A DNA stretch of 64,000 bases from Microcystaceae cyanobacterium (GTDB taxonomy: Bacteria > Cyanobacteriota > Cyanobacteriia > Cyanobacteriales > Microcystaceae). Shown piece by piece: positions 7,990 through 18,225 of this stretch. The first letter of the stretch is position 1; every line of letters begins with the position of its first letter. The notes under the pieces are model-generated. The model was not told where the DNA came from. It made no database searches and saw only the letters and a list, made by a program, of their open reading frames with translations. A program made the translations under genes and the position numbers. The stretch spans positions 64,001 to 128,000 of the forward strand of contig JBGTGT010000098.1 of assembly GCA_041746575.1 (NCBI GenBank), written 5' to 3'.

Positions 7990-10362
7990 ATGGTAGAAAC
8001 TTTAGCCAAACCTTCCCTGAATCCCCCTTCCTCCTCCACTACCACGGTTACCCTTGACGTCCAAGGGATGAAATGTGCAGGGTGTGTCGCTGCCGTTGAA
8101 CGGCAATTAAATAAACAGACTGGTGTAACTTCGGCTTGTGTTAACTTAATTACACAGGTTGCAGTGGTTACGTACGAAGATAATCAAATAAAACCGGAAT
8201 CAATTGCCCAAAAACTGACTGACACCGGATTTCCCTCCTCTTTAAGGTCACAAGAAGCCAATTTTACGGCAGAAAGTCGCCAAAAATCTTTAGAGCGTTG
8301 GCAACAGGAACGAAAATCTCAAGGAAAAACTCTATGGATTGCCATAATTCTCTTGATTTTTTCAAGTTTGGGACATTTAAATCATATTACTGAAGTTAAT
8401 CTGCCGTTTATTCAAGATATCCGCTTTCACTTCGTATTAGCAACCCTTGCTCTTCTCTTCCCAGGTCGTCAATTAATTCTGGATGGGGCAAAAGCTTTAA
8501 GGCAGGGAATGCCAAATATGAATACCTTAGTTGGGTTAGGGACAGTCAGTGCCTATTTAGCCAGTTGTATTGCTCTTTTTTGGCCACAATTAGGGTGGCA
8601 ATGCTTTTTTGATGAACCTGTAATGTTGTTAGGCTTTATTTTTCTCGGTCGTACCCTTGAAGGCCAAGCCAGACATAAGGCCGCTTCTGCCTTAGAGACA
8701 TTGATGACGATGCAACCTCAAATGGCGCAATTAATGGGAAAAGAATCTGATTTTTCGCAAGAAGGAATCGAAATTCCCGTCGAACAAATCAAAATCGGCG
8801 AATGGGTTAGGGTTTTACCCGGTGAAAAAATTCCGGTAGATGGTGATCTTGTAAAAGGACAAACCACCGTCGATGAATCGTTAGTCACCGGCGAATCTTA
8901 TCCTGTGCTTAAAAAAGAAGGTGAGGGTGTCATGGGCGGAACACTGAACCTTTCTGGTGCAATTCTCGTTAAAACCACTAAGATTGGTAAAAATACGGCT
9001 TTATCTCAAATTATTGCCTCTGTGGAAGCCGCTCAAACCCGTAAAGCCCCGATTCAAAAATGGGTCGATCAAATTGCTGGGTATTTTAGTTATGGCGTGA
9101 TGACCATAGCCTTAATAACCTTCCTTTTTTGGCAATTTGTGGGAACTCGTTTATTTCCCGACGTTTTACAGCTTGGCATGACTCACCATACTGAGACGAC
9201 GCTAAATACCCCTAATTCACCTTTATTATTGAGCTTGAAGCTAGCGATCGCTGTTTTGGTGGTATCTTGTCCTTGTGCTTTGGGTTTAGCGACGCCAACC
9301 GCCATTTTAGTAGGAACAGGTATTGGGGCAGAACGGGGGCTATTAATTAAAGGAGGAGATGTATTAGAAAAGGTAGCCCATCTTAAAACCATTTTTCTGG
9401 ATAAAACGGGTACAATAACGCAAGGATGTCCCATTGTTACGCAATATATTCCTTTATCGAATATCACTGCCGATTCCCTCCTTCAGATTGCTGCAAGTGT
9501 CGAACAAGGCACGATTCATCCTTTAGGACAAGCCATTCAACGGGCGGCTAAACAAAAGCATTTTCCTCTCTTATCGGCGCAAAATTTCCATACTGAAGTC
9601 GGATTAGGCGTTTCTGCGGACATTGAGGGAGAAAGATTCTTTTTGGGTAATGAAGCTGGGTTGGAATATCATCAAATTTCTTTAGACGCGATCGCTGATC
9701 ATCCCTTAAGACAAACGGATCAAACCCTTGTTTATCTAGCAAATCAAAGAGAAGTTAAGGGAATTATTGCGTTAAAAGACAAATTACGTTTAGATACTCA
9801 ATCTACTCTTAAAAAACTCAAAAAAATGGGTATAGAGCTTGTACTACTTTCGGGGGATCAAAAAAAAGTCGTAGCAGAAATTGCGAAAGAATTAGAAATA
9901 TTACCCTTTTTCGCCCAAATTCGTCCTGATGAAAAAGCGAAAATCATTCAACAATTTCAGAAGGAAGCTCCATCGAACCGAGTTGCTATGGTGGGTGATG
10001 GCATCAACGATGCTCCTGCATTAGCACAGGCAGATATTGGGATTTCTCTACAAAATTCTAGTCAATTAGCCATAGAAACGGCTGATATTGTCTTAATAAA
10101 CGGAAATTTGTCCGATCTAGTCACTGTTATTAAACTGAGTCAAGCAACCTTTAACAAAATTCGGCAAAATCTATTTTGGGCATTAGGATATAATCTGATT
10201 GCGATACCGATTGCGGCAGGACTGCTTTTACCGAGCTTAGGATGGATGATGAGTCCTTCATTAGCGGCTGGTTTAATGGCGATGAGTTCGGTGACGGTGG
10301 TTACCAATGCCCTGTTCCTTCGTCATGAGTTTGCTCAAGAGAAAACGGTTAAAATGAAGTAG
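7990..10362 (+). CDS. ctaA: Copper-translocating P1B-type ATPase (CtaA-like)
   Basis: HMA motif GMKCAGC, TGES, CPCALGLATP, DKTGT, GDGINDAP, YN...MAMSS; ATG at 7990 preferred over TTG at 7939. Confidence 0.88.
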   Translation: MVETLAKPSLNPPSSSTTTVTLDVQGMKCAGCVAAVERQLNKQTGVTSACVNLITQVAVVTYEDNQIKPESIAQKLTDTGFPSSLRSQEANFTAESRQKSLERWQQERKSQGKTLWIAIILLIFSSLGHLNHITEVNLPFIQDIRFHFVLATLALLFPGRQLILDGAKALRQGMPNMNTLVGLGTVSAYLASCIALFWPQLGWQCFFDEPVMLLGFIFLGRTLEGQARHKAASALETLMTMQPQMAQLMGKESDFSQEGIEIPVEQIKIGEWVRVLPGEKIPVDGDLVKGQTTVDESLVTGESYPVLKKEGEGVMGGTLNLSGAILVKTTKIGKNTALSQIIASVEAAQTRKAPIQKWVDQIAGYFSYGVMTIALITFLFWQFVGTRLFPDVLQLGMTHHTETTLNTPNSPLLLSLKLAIAVLVVSCPCALGLATPTAILVGTGIGAERGLLIKGGDVLEKVAHLKTIFLDKTGTITQGCPIVTQYIPLSNITADSLLQIAASVEQGTIHPLGQAIQRAAKQKHFPLLSAQNFHTEVGLGVSADIEGERFFLGNEAGLEYHQISLDAIADHPLRQTDQTLVYLANQREVKGIIALKDKLRLDTQSTLKKLKKMGIELVLLSGDQKKVVAEIAKELEILPFFAQIRPDEKAKIIQQFQKEAPSNRVAMVGDGINDAPALAQADIGISLQNSSQLAIETADIVLINGNLSDLVTVIKLSQATFNKIRQNLFWALGYNLIAIPIAAGLLLPSLGWMMSPSLAAGLMAMSSVTVVTNALFLRHEFAQEKTVKMK

Positions 10363-10461
10363 AGCTAAATTTTGCTAGGCGTTTGCCCCCATCAGAGCAG
10401 GATTAATCTTAATAGATAAAACGTCTCAAATTTTATTATTCTTTCACAGAATCGCACAACT

Positions 10462-10932
10462 ATGGCAGATAAATCGGTACTTCCCCAAAGAGAACATTTT
10501 TTAATGATTGAAGATGATAAAGGTCGGCAGGAAGTGATTCTCAATGGGGCCATTTATTCTGTTGGACGCGCACCTGAATGTGATCTTCGGTTGCGATCGC
10601 AATTTGTTTCCCGCCATCATGCTACTCTACTGCGACGGTTAAAAATAGATGGTTCTAGTTATTATCAAATTGTAGATGGAGATAATAAAGGAAAAAACAG
10701 CGTTAATGGTTTATTAATTAATGGTCGTAAAAGCCTCGAACACGATCTTCAACATGGCGATGAAGTGATTTTTGGTCCCCAAGTTTTTGCCATTTATCAA
10801 TATCGGCAACGGGATAAATTTCCGACTTTACCCGCTAATGATCCTTTTGATATTACCTTAATTGATCCGGCAATGATAGGAGAACAGGAAGAAGGGGATG
10901 ATGACGAAGATACCACTTTACAGTCTTCTTAA
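10462..10932 (+). CDS. FHA domain protein
   Basis: VGR...SQFVSRHHA...SVNGLLING...LQHGDEVIFG. Confidence 0.9.
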   Translation: MADKSVLPQREHFLMIEDDKGRQEVILNGAIYSVGRAPECDLRLRSQFVSRHHATLLRRLKIDGSSYYQIVDGDNKGKNSVNGLLINGRKSLEHDLQHGDEVIFGPQVFAIYQYRQRDKFPTLPANDPFDITLIDPAMIGEQEEGDDDEDTTLQSS

Positions 10933-11002
10933 CGAGTAGATTTCTTTTCAGCGTTATCTCCAATCAGGACGGGACGAGTAATAAAGTGGCAAGAAGAGAA
11001 GA

Positions 11003-11461
11003 TCACTCTAGCAATTCTGTCGTCCAACCCGCTTTTTGAATCCTTATGTCTAAAAGTTGGTGTTCTTTGGCAATTTGTTCGATTTGGTGTTGCAGTTGAG
11101 AGACGTTCACCGTCCTTAACCAGCGTAACTCATTGCCGTGAGGTTGTTTTCCCGTGGAAGAAGCAGCCGCTACGAGAGATTGATAGATGAAGCGTTTTTG
11201 TGCTAGGATATCTCGCTCAACGATAGCATCCGCTAAGGTTTTGCCTGATTCTAAGAGCGTTTGCCCTTGAGTCAGCTGAATACGCTTATTCAAGTCTTCT
11301 AAGACATTTAGCGTCGTGCTGACATCCGCTAACAAGGTTGAAGGATCTTCGGCAGGAATGTCCCCGTGAAGAATTTTGGCATTTGCCATTAAACGAGTTT
11401 GTAGGCTGTTAATATGAACTTGACGCTCCGCTTGGATAATTAACGCTTCTGCTAACTTAAT
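11003..11461 (-). CDS. DIP1984 family protein, apparent ATT start codon
   Basis: Frame stays open upstream of ATG 11389 to ATT-KLAEALI at 11461 (family N-terminus MKLAEAL); TLADAIVERD, LDIRIQKAGWTTELLE; AAGGAGG 8 nt upstream of the ATT. Confidence 0.8.
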   Translation of the reverse strand: MKLAEALIIQAERQVHINSLQTRLMANAKILHGDIPAEDPSTLLADVSTTLNVLEDLNKRIQLTQGQTLLESGKTLADAIVERDILAQKRFIYQSLVAAASSTGKQPHGNELRWLRTVNVSQLQHQIEQIAKEHQLLDIRIQKAGWTTELLE

Positions 11462-11575
11462 TTTCCTACCCTCCTTTAGAGAAATGATCTCTGACCCCTA
11501 ATATAGCCATTGCAGCCCCTAAAATCAAGCAATATCTATCGAAGGAACCCAACATTAAACTGAAAGATTGCCTCT

Positions 11576-11911
11576 TCAAGAATCGTGTCTTTCCTTTTTT
11601 TTAGCGTCCAATTTACCATTAATTAAACCATTAAAACCATACACCTTGCGCTGACCTGCTAAAGGAACGAATTCGACTTCTTTCTCATCTCCTGGTTCAA
11701 AACGAATCGCTGTACCGGCGGGAATATTTAAGCGCATTCCTTTTGCCGCTTTTCGGTCAAATTGTAAGGCAGAATTGACTTCGTAAAAATGAAAATGAGA
11801 ACCCACTTGAATCGGGCGATCGCCTGTATTTGCAACGTTGATTTTTAGGGTTTCTCGGCCTTGATTTAACTCAATGTGTCCCTCACGGGGGATTAATTCA
11901 CCGGGGATCAT
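11576..11911 (-). CDS. ureB: Urease subunit beta
   Basis: MIPGE...[19 protein letters not shown]...[12 protein letters not shown]. Confidence 0.97.
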   Translation of the reverse strand: MIPGELIPREGHIELNQGRETLKINVANTGDRPIQVGSHFHFYEVNSALQFDRKAAKGMRLNIPAGTAIRFEPGDEKEVEFVPLAGQRKVYGFNGLINGKLDAKKKERHDS

Positions 11912-11946
11912 AAGACAATGTTAGAAAGATAATCTTAAAAATAATT

Positions 11947-12249
11947 TTACAGTATGGGATGATGCAGGGTGACTAATTTTGTGCCATCCGGGAAGGTCGC
12001 TTCCACTTGTACTTCGGGAATCATTTCGGGAATTCCTGCCATGACATCTTGACGAGTTAGGAGCGTTTTGCCGTAACGCATTAATTCAGCGACGGTTTGA
12101 CCTTCTCTTGCACCTTCTAAGATAGCGGCAGAGAGATAGGCAACGGCTTCAGGGTAATTTAGTTTAATTCCCTTTGCTTTGCGTCGTTCTGCCAACAAAG
12201 CGGCGGTAAATACCAAGAGTTTGTCTTTTTCTTGGGGAGTGAGTTGCAT
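11947..12249 (-). CDS. ureA: Urease subunit gamma
   Basis: [11 protein letters not shown]...LNYPEA...[12 protein letters not shown]. Confidence 0.97.
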   Translation of the reverse strand: MQLTPQEKDKLLVFTAALLAERRKAKGIKLNYPEAVAYLSAAILEGAREGQTVAELMRYGKTLLTRQDVMAGIPEMIPEVQVEATFPDGTKLVTLHHPIL

Positions 12250-12323
12250 AGAAATTTTACTTTTTGATGATTAATATAATCCTACTCTTAACGTTAGTAA
12301 AGTGCTTATAAATTTTTTTAGAC

Positions 12324-13694
12324 TTATTTTCCAATACAAAAACGACTAAAAATTCGGTCTAATACAGATTCTGTGACATCTTCTCCGGTGATTTCTCCTA
12401 AAGCTTGAATGGCAGAACGCAGATCAATCGTCCAACAATCGAGGGGAAATTGAGCATAGATACTTTCTTGTACTTGTTCGAGGGCAATTTTCGCCTGAGT
12501 TAACGCTGCCGCTTGCCGTTGATTAATAGCAATATCAAGGTCGAGGCTTGTTATTTTTTCTTGTCGAATCGTTTTTAAAATGACTTCTTCTAAGGCTTCA
12601 ATGCCTTGATTTTCAGAAGCAGAAGTCTTAACAAAAGCTTTGATTTCTAAAGGGAAGTGTTTGAATTCTACGGCTACTAAATCAATTTTATTGATGACTA
12701 AAATTAGGGGTCGATGTTTTACTTGTTGATAAATCATTTCGTCGTCTTTTGTCCATCCTTGACTGACATCAATGGTCAATAAAACTAAATCGGCACTATT
12801 AGCCACTTGGCGCGATCGCTCTACTCCCATTTTTTCGGCAGTATCCAAAGTCTCCCGAATTCCGGCTGTATCTAACACTTTAACGGGAATTCCACCAACC
12901 ACTAACTGAGACTCCACGATATCCCGGGTTGTACCGGGTAGATCAGTAACAATTGCGCGATCACAACGACTCCACGCATTCAATAAACTCGATTTGCCCA
13001 CATTAGGACGACCGACAATCGCCACTTTTAACCCACTTCGCAGTAATTCCCCCCGCTCGGCGGTGGATAGAATAGTATTAACTTGAGCAAGAATATCTCT
13101 TAACTGATGAGAAATCGCTTCTTTGTCTAAAGGGGGTAAATCTTCCTCAAAATCAATTCTCGCTTCGATTTCTGCTAAGATATCGAGACAAATATTTCTT
13201 AACTGACGAATGGGTTGGGCGAGCTTTCCCTGTAACCCTGCCAAGGCCATTTGTGACGCTTGTGCGGACTGTGCGCCGACTAATTCTGCAATACTTTCGG
13301 CTTGAGTTAAGTCTATTCGACCATTTAAAAAGGCTCTGAGGGTAAATTCTCCGGGTTGCGCCAATCTAGCTCCCTGTTCTAAGCATAACTGTAAAATTTG
13401 CTGAACGGGCATCATGCCCCCGTGACAATGAAATTCGATCACGTCTTCCCTTGTAAAGGATCGGGGGGCTAACATGGGTAATAATAAGGCTTCATCAATG
13501 ATGTGTTGGCTTTTGGGATGAAGAATATTGCCGTAAAGAATACGATGACTTTCCCATCGGGGATTACCTTGAGGCTTAAAGATTTTTTGGGCAATAAGGA
13601 GCGCATTTTCCCCTGATAATCGCACAATTCCAATACTTCCTTGTTGGGGAACAATGGCGGTAGCGATCGCAACGATGGTATCTTGTTGAATCAT
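12324..13694 (-). CDS. mnmE: tRNA modification GTPase MnmE
   Basis: [23 protein letters not shown]-terminal FCIGK. Confidence 0.97.
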   Translation of the reverse strand: MIQQDTIVAIATAIVPQQGSIGIVRLSGENALLIAQKIFKPQGNPRWESHRILYGNILHPKSQHIIDEALLLPMLAPRSFTREDVIEFHCHGGMMPVQQILQLCLEQGARLAQPGEFTLRAFLNGRIDLTQAESIAELVGAQSAQASQMALAGLQGKLAQPIRQLRNICLDILAEIEARIDFEEDLPPLDKEAISHQLRDILAQVNTILSTAERGELLRSGLKVAIVGRPNVGKSSLLNAWSRCDRAIVTDLPGTTRDIVESQLVVGGIPVKVLDTAGIRETLDTAEKMGVERSRQVANSADLVLLTIDVSQGWTKDDEMIYQQVKHRPLILVINKIDLVAVEFKHFPLEIKAFVKTSASENQGIEALEEVILKTIRQEKITSLDLDIAINQRQAAALTQAKIALEQVQESIYAQFPLDCWTIDLRSAIQALGEITGEDVTESVLDRIFSRFCIGK

Positions 13695-13708
13695 CTGATA
13701 ACGTTTAA

Positions 13709-14491
13709 TTATTGGAAAACGACGGGTCGCCCTTGATATAAAAGGGATTGTAACTCAACCACTCGACCAATAATCGCGATCGCTGGAGCTTCAAAGTTCG
13801 TTTCTTGGACTTTTTCGACAATATTAGTTAAATTTCCAATTAATTCTGCTTGTTGTGGACAAGTTCCCCATCTAACTAACGCAATCGGTGTTTCCGCTAT
13901 TAATCCCCCTTCTTGCAATTTCTCAACAATGGTAACCAAATTATGAATACCCATATAAATGACGATGGTTTCTGAGCCTTGAGCGATCGCTGTCCAATTG
14001 ACGTGAGGACGGTATTTCCCCACTGCTTCATGGCCGGTCACAAAGGTAACCGATGAACTGTACCCCCGATGGGTGACGGGTATTCCTGCATAGGCAGAGG
14101 CGGCAATTCCTGCGGTAATCCCCGGAATCACTTCAACGGCAACCCCTGCTCGGATTAAATCTCCCATTTCTTCACCACCACGACCAAAAACGAAGGGATC
14201 ACCTCCTTTAAGCCGCACAATCACCCCATGAATTTTTGCTAATTCGATCAAGAGTTGAGTGGTATCGGACTGTTTTTTGCTATGACGGCCACGACGCTTA
14301 CCGGCGTTAATCCGTTCTGCCTGAGAACCAATCATCGAGAGAATAGGAGAACTCACAAGGGCATCATAAACAACCACATCTGCGTGCTGTAAGAGTTCTT
14401 TGCCTTTAATTGTCATTAAACCGGGATCGCCGGGGCCTGCACCGACTAAATAGACTTTGCCAAGAGGTTTAGAAACGTTTAATTCGTTCAT
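13709..14491 (-). CDS. cobA: Uroporphyrinogen-III C-methyltransferase
   Basis: [34 protein letters not shown]. Confidence 0.95.
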   Translation of the reverse strand: MNELNVSKPLGKVYLVGAGPGDPGLMTIKGKELLQHADVVVYDALVSSPILSMIGSQAERINAGKRRGRHSKKQSDTTQLLIELAKIHGVIVRLKGGDPFVFGRGGEEMGDLIRAGVAVEVIPGITAGIAASAYAGIPVTHRGYSSSVTFVTGHEAVGKYRPHVNWTAIAQGSETIVIYMGIHNLVTIVEKLQEGGLIAETPIALVRWGTCPQQAELIGNLTNIVEKVQETNFEAPAIAIIGRVVELQSLLYQGRPVVFQ

Positions 14492-15264
14492 TTTTCGATT
14501 TCTTTAACAATTAACTGGGCTAATTCTAAGGTTGCACCGAGCGGATGTCCCAAAAATAGGGAAAGGGTCGGTAAAGCGTCTTTTATCTCTTCTATCTGTT
14601 GAATCGTTTGGTCAACAATGCCCCCAGCAAAGATAAAATAGGGCATAATAGCGATTGTATCGCAACCCTGTTGCATTAATGTGTAGATTTGACTTCTTAA
14701 GTCAGGATTTATTGACCAATAAGCGGGAATTGCCTGTAATTTTGCTGAAAATAATTCTATCAAATGATTGCCTTGGGAACGGCGACTTCCATGGGCCAGT
14801 AAAATGCGCCCTTGTGCCGGAAATTGATTAAATCGTTGGCATAATAAAGGGATTAGACCCGATAAACTGCCTAAAAAGGGAGTGATAGTGAGTCTAATCT
14901 GAGGTTCTAAGTGAGATTGAGCAAGGGCGACTTCTGCGGGAATATCTTGGCTAACATGAATACCAGATGACAAGAAAAGCGGAAAAACATTGATTTCAGT
15001 GATATTTTGCTGAACAACTTGATCTGCAAAGGTGATCAGTTGCTGATGTAGGGGAGGATCGGTGCATTCCAAAAATCCTAATTCTACTGGACATTGAGCG
15101 TTCTTGGTTAACAATAGGGTGCTTTTAGGGGCAAAAGTTTTGTTTTTTGGCTCAAGCGACGTTCGATGATTTTTGACAAGGTATAATAACCGTTCTGCGG
15201 CAATTTGATAACGGGGGTCGCGACTGCCGTGGCAGACTAGGAAGGTAGCAGGAGAAAAAGTCAA
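14488..15264 (-). CDS. Sirohydrochlorin chelatase (CbiX/SirB family)
   Basis: Two HGSR motifs, PLFLSSGIHVSQDIP; 4-bp overlap with cobA. Confidence 0.88.
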   Translation of the reverse strand: MTFSPATFLVCHGSRDPRYQIAAERLLYLVKNHRTSLEPKNKTFAPKSTLLLTKNAQCPVELGFLECTDPPLHQQLITFADQVVQQNITEINVFPLFLSSGIHVSQDIPAEVALAQSHLEPQIRLTITPFLGSLSGLIPLLCQRFNQFPAQGRILLAHGSRRSQGNHLIELFSAKLQAIPAYWSINPDLRSQIYTLMQQGCDTIAIMPYFIFAGGIVDQTIQQIEEIKDALPTLSLFLGHPLGATLELAQLIVKEIEK

Positions 15265-15408
15265 GGCTTCTTAAGGTTTCCTTAAGGTTAATGTAACTTT
15301 TATTTTACACAACAATCATGTTAACGAGTTTAAGCCAACAATTCCGTATCTTTCGCCACACCTTGCATTAAGTAGAAAGACTTACCCCCATTATGCTTGG
15401 CGTTGATC

Positions 15409-16227
15409 CTAATAAGAGCCGCGATAGATACGTTCTGCTTGTTCTTCAGATAAATGATCATAACCCGAGAGAGAATAATGGGGTGCTGTTTCTGTTTCTG
15501 TTTCTGTTTCTGGAACGGGTTGCGTCGTTATAGGTATTCTAAAGGCATCTTGGTGCATTAGAGGGCAACTCGGATGAAGATTGTATTCCGGTTCGGGAAA
15601 ATCTAAGCGACTCATGGGTGGTAAAAACTCGTGGGATACGCCATCATAAGCTAAAACTTCCCCCGTTTCAATGCGATAAATCCAACCGTGAATCGTCAAT
15701 TTTCGTTGATGCAAGCGAGAGCGAATAATGGGGTACGTTTGTAGATTGACCAATTGACTTAGCACATTTTCCGCAATCGTTACCTCTAATAGGTCTTCCC
15801 CCCGAAAATCGGCATAGTTATCTTGCACCAGTAAACGGGTGGCTTCGGCATGTTTTAACCAGCTATACACCAAAGGCATTTTCTCAGCGAGACTGTCCAG
15901 TTTCAAGAGTCCCTTCATGGCACCACAATGGCTATGTCCACAGACCACGACTTGTTCTATATTTAAAGCCGCGATCGCATATTCAATGGATGCTCCTTCC
16001 CCACCATTCGCCGCTCCATAAGGGGGAATAATGTTACCGGCATTGCGAATGACGAATAATTCTCCGATTTGTGCTTGGGTAATTAAATTGGGGTCAATGC
16101 GCGAATCTGAGCAGGCAATGAAGAGAATACGAGGATGTTGTCCGTGAGATAATAGCTCAAATAGGTCACGATGTTCGCTAAAATAACCCATTTTAAACTG
16201 ATGCAGTCCCTCTAGTATTTTTTTCAT
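15409..16227 (-). CDS. ccaA: Beta-carbonic anhydrase, carboxysomal CcaA/IcfA type
   Basis: CSDSR, RNAGN, CGHSHCGAM zinc ligands; C-terminal extension ending EQAERIYRGS. Confidence 0.9.
   Translation of the reverse strand: MKKILEGLHQFKMGYFSEHRDLFELLSHGQHPRILFIACSDSRIDPNLITQAQIGELFVIRNAGNIIPPYGAANGGEGASIEYAIAALNIEQVVVCGHSHCGAMKGLLKLDSLAEKMPLVYSWLKHAEATRLLVQDNYADFRGEDLLEVTIAENVLSQLVNLQTYPIIRSRLHQRKLTIHGWIYRIETGEVLAYDGVSHEFLPPMSRLDFPEPEYNLHPSCPLMHQDAFRIPITTQPVPETETETETAPHYSLSGYDHLSEEQAERIYRGSY
15487..15510. repeat. In-frame hexanucleotide microsatellite (TGTTTC)4 encoding ETETETET
   Basis: Seen directly in the ccaA C-terminal linker. Confidence 0.85.
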
Positions 16228-16427
16228 AGCAACTGATAATAATCCTTTCTATAGGGGAATCTTTCAATATTATCTAGCATGAAGAGATTTCTGTATAGGG
16301 GAAAATGAACAATATCAAGATTCCTTGTCATTGCTAAGAGTTGCCTTTTTTAAGTATTTTAACCAATGCCCTCAATTTAGAAAATTGCTGATTATAATTT
16401 AAGTATCTTTTAAGTATTTCTGGTTTT

Positions 16428-17474
16428 ATGGTAGAAATTCTAGGGGTAGTGATTATTATTTTATTGGGATCAGGCATTTGTTCAGGTTCAGAAACAGCTT
16501 TATTTTCTGTGCCTTTAGTTAAAGTTAGACAATTGGCTCAATCTAAGTCTCCTTCTGCCCTTGCGTTGCATTCGATTCGTCAAAAAATGAATCGTCCCAT
16601 TGCGACAATTGTGATTATGAATAATTTGTTTAATATTGTCGGTAGCATTGTCATCGGCAGTTTAGCGGCAAGTGAATTTTCTGATACTTGGTTAGGAATT
16701 TTTTCGGCAATTTTGACCTTTTCAATTATTTTATTTGCTGAAATTATTCCCAAAATGATTGGTGAAAAATATGCCGCTTCAATTGCTTTATTCATTGCTA
16801 TTCCTCTCCAATTTCTCACGCTTGTTTTTACCCCGCTTGTTTGGTTAATTGAAAAGCTGACAAGCCCCTTTACTAAAGGGAAAAAGTTACCGACCACCAA
16901 TGAAGCAGAAATCCGTTTTTTGGCGACGATTGGCTATAAAGAGGGCGTAATTGAAGGAGATGAAGCCGAAATGATTGAACGGGTTTTTCAACTCAACGAT
17001 CTGACAGCGGCCGATGTGATGACACCCAGAGTAATTATTACTTATTTATTCGGTTACTTAAGCGTTATAAATTGTCAAGATAAAATTATTCAATCTCAAC
17101 ATACTCGGATTCTGGTGATAGATCAAGCCATTGATCAGGTTTTAGGTATCGCCTTAAAAGATGAACTCTTAACCGCTTTAGTACAAGGCCAACAATCCGC
17201 CTTAATTCAAGATTTAGTTCGTCCTGTCCATTTTGTTCCCGATAGTATCCGTGCCGATAAATTATTGAAACAATTTCAAGAAAAACGAGAACATTTAATG
17301 GTCGTTTTAGATGAGTATGGTGGCGTTGCAGGAGTAGTCACTTTAGAAGATGTCATTGAAGTTTTAACCGGAGAAATTGTTGATGAAACCGATAAAAATA
17401 TCGATCTTCAAGAAATTGCCCGCAAAAAAAGACAATTATTATTACAATCGCGTAGCCTGATTCACGAAGAATAA
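16428..17474 (+). CDS. CNNM/DUF21-CBS domain protein (hemolysin/CorB family)
   Basis: SGSETAL, FAEIIPK, DVMTPR, VLDEYGGVAGVVTLEDVIE. Confidence 0.92.
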   Translation: MVEILGVVIIILLGSGICSGSETALFSVPLVKVRQLAQSKSPSALALHSIRQKMNRPIATIVIMNNLFNIVGSIVIGSLAASEFSDTWLGIFSAILTFSIILFAEIIPKMIGEKYAASIALFIAIPLQFLTLVFTPLVWLIEKLTSPFTKGKKLPTTNEAEIRFLATIGYKEGVIEGDEAEMIERVFQLNDLTAADVMTPRVIITYLFGYLSVINCQDKIIQSQHTRILVIDQAIDQVLGIALKDELLTALVQGQQSALIQDLVRPVHFVPDSIRADKLLKQFQEKREHLMVVLDEYGGVAGVVTLEDVIEVLTGEIVDETDKNIDLQEIARKKRQLLLQSRSLIHEE

Positions 17475-17604
17475 ATATGACCGATAAGTAGCTTCTTCCT
17501 GCCTTTCTAATCTAGAATCGCTTGATCTAAGAGGCTTAAATCGGGTACAATGAAAAGTTCTGAGTGATACAGCTTTTACAGAAAATCAGTCTAGGTAAAA
17601 CATC

Positions 17605-18063
17605 ATGTCCAAACGAATTTCCGTTGTTTTAAATAAAAGTTTCAATAAGTTGGGAAAATCAGGCGATTTAGTTGAAGTTGCCCCCGGTTACGCCCGTAAT
17701 TACCTACTTCCTCAAAAAATTGCCGTCGTTGCTACTGAGGGAATTCTCAAGCAAGTCGCACAACGGAAAGAAAAAGAACGTCAGCGCATTCTCGCCGAAA
17801 GACAAGCGGCAGAAGACCGTAAAACGGCGTTACAAACCATTGGTCGCTTTATCATTAAAAAGCAAGCCGGTGAAGAAGAAGCCATTTTTGGAACTGTTAC
17901 CACCCAAGACGTTGCCGACGCCATTCAGGCGGCGACTAATCAAGAAATTGATCGTCGAGGAATCACGCTTCCCGATATTGGCAAGATTGGTTTTTATAAA
18001 GCAGAGGTTAAACTGCATCCTGACGTTACAGCAACGGTTGAAATTCAAGTTATCCCTTTGTAA
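17605..18063 (+). CDS. rplI: 50S ribosomal protein L9
   Basis: [34 protein letters not shown]. Confidence 0.97.
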   Translation: MSKRISVVLNKSFNKLGKSGDLVEVAPGYARNYLLPQKIAVVATEGILKQVAQRKEKERQRILAERQAAEDRKTALQTIGRFIIKKQAGEEEAIFGTVTTQDVADAIQAATNQEIDRRGITLPDIGKIGFYKAEVKLHPDVTATVEIQVIPL

Positions 18064-18087
18064 AAATTTTACCCCGTCAAAAAAGAC

Positions 18088-18126
18088 AAAGGATTGGGAT
18101 GTGTTATCAATCTTAATCCTTTTTTT
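18088..18126 (+). terminator. Intrinsic terminator between convergent rplI and pckA (possibly bidirectional)
   Basis: aaaggattgggat-loop-atcttaatccttt followed by a T-run; A-rich on the left. Confidence 0.7.
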
Positions 18127-18225
18127 AGGGTTGAAAAAAGCGATAATTTAGGAACTACTGCTACCAGAAAGTTATTGATAAACAGCGTAAAAATTGCGAA
18201 AATTCTAATCGCTAACCTTAAATCT

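Noticed and set aside
11576..12249. ureAB without ureC as a broken urease operon
   Set aside because: Urease genes are commonly scattered in cyanobacterial genomes; both ORFs are intact
15292..15309. TGTAA...TTACA upstream of the chelatase gene as an NtcA site
   Set aside because: Spacing is GTA-N10-TAC, not the GTA-N8-TAC consensus
17672..18151. 159-aa alternative-frame ORF over rplI
   Set aside because: Shadow of a conserved ribosomal protein gene; runs through the terminator; no motifs
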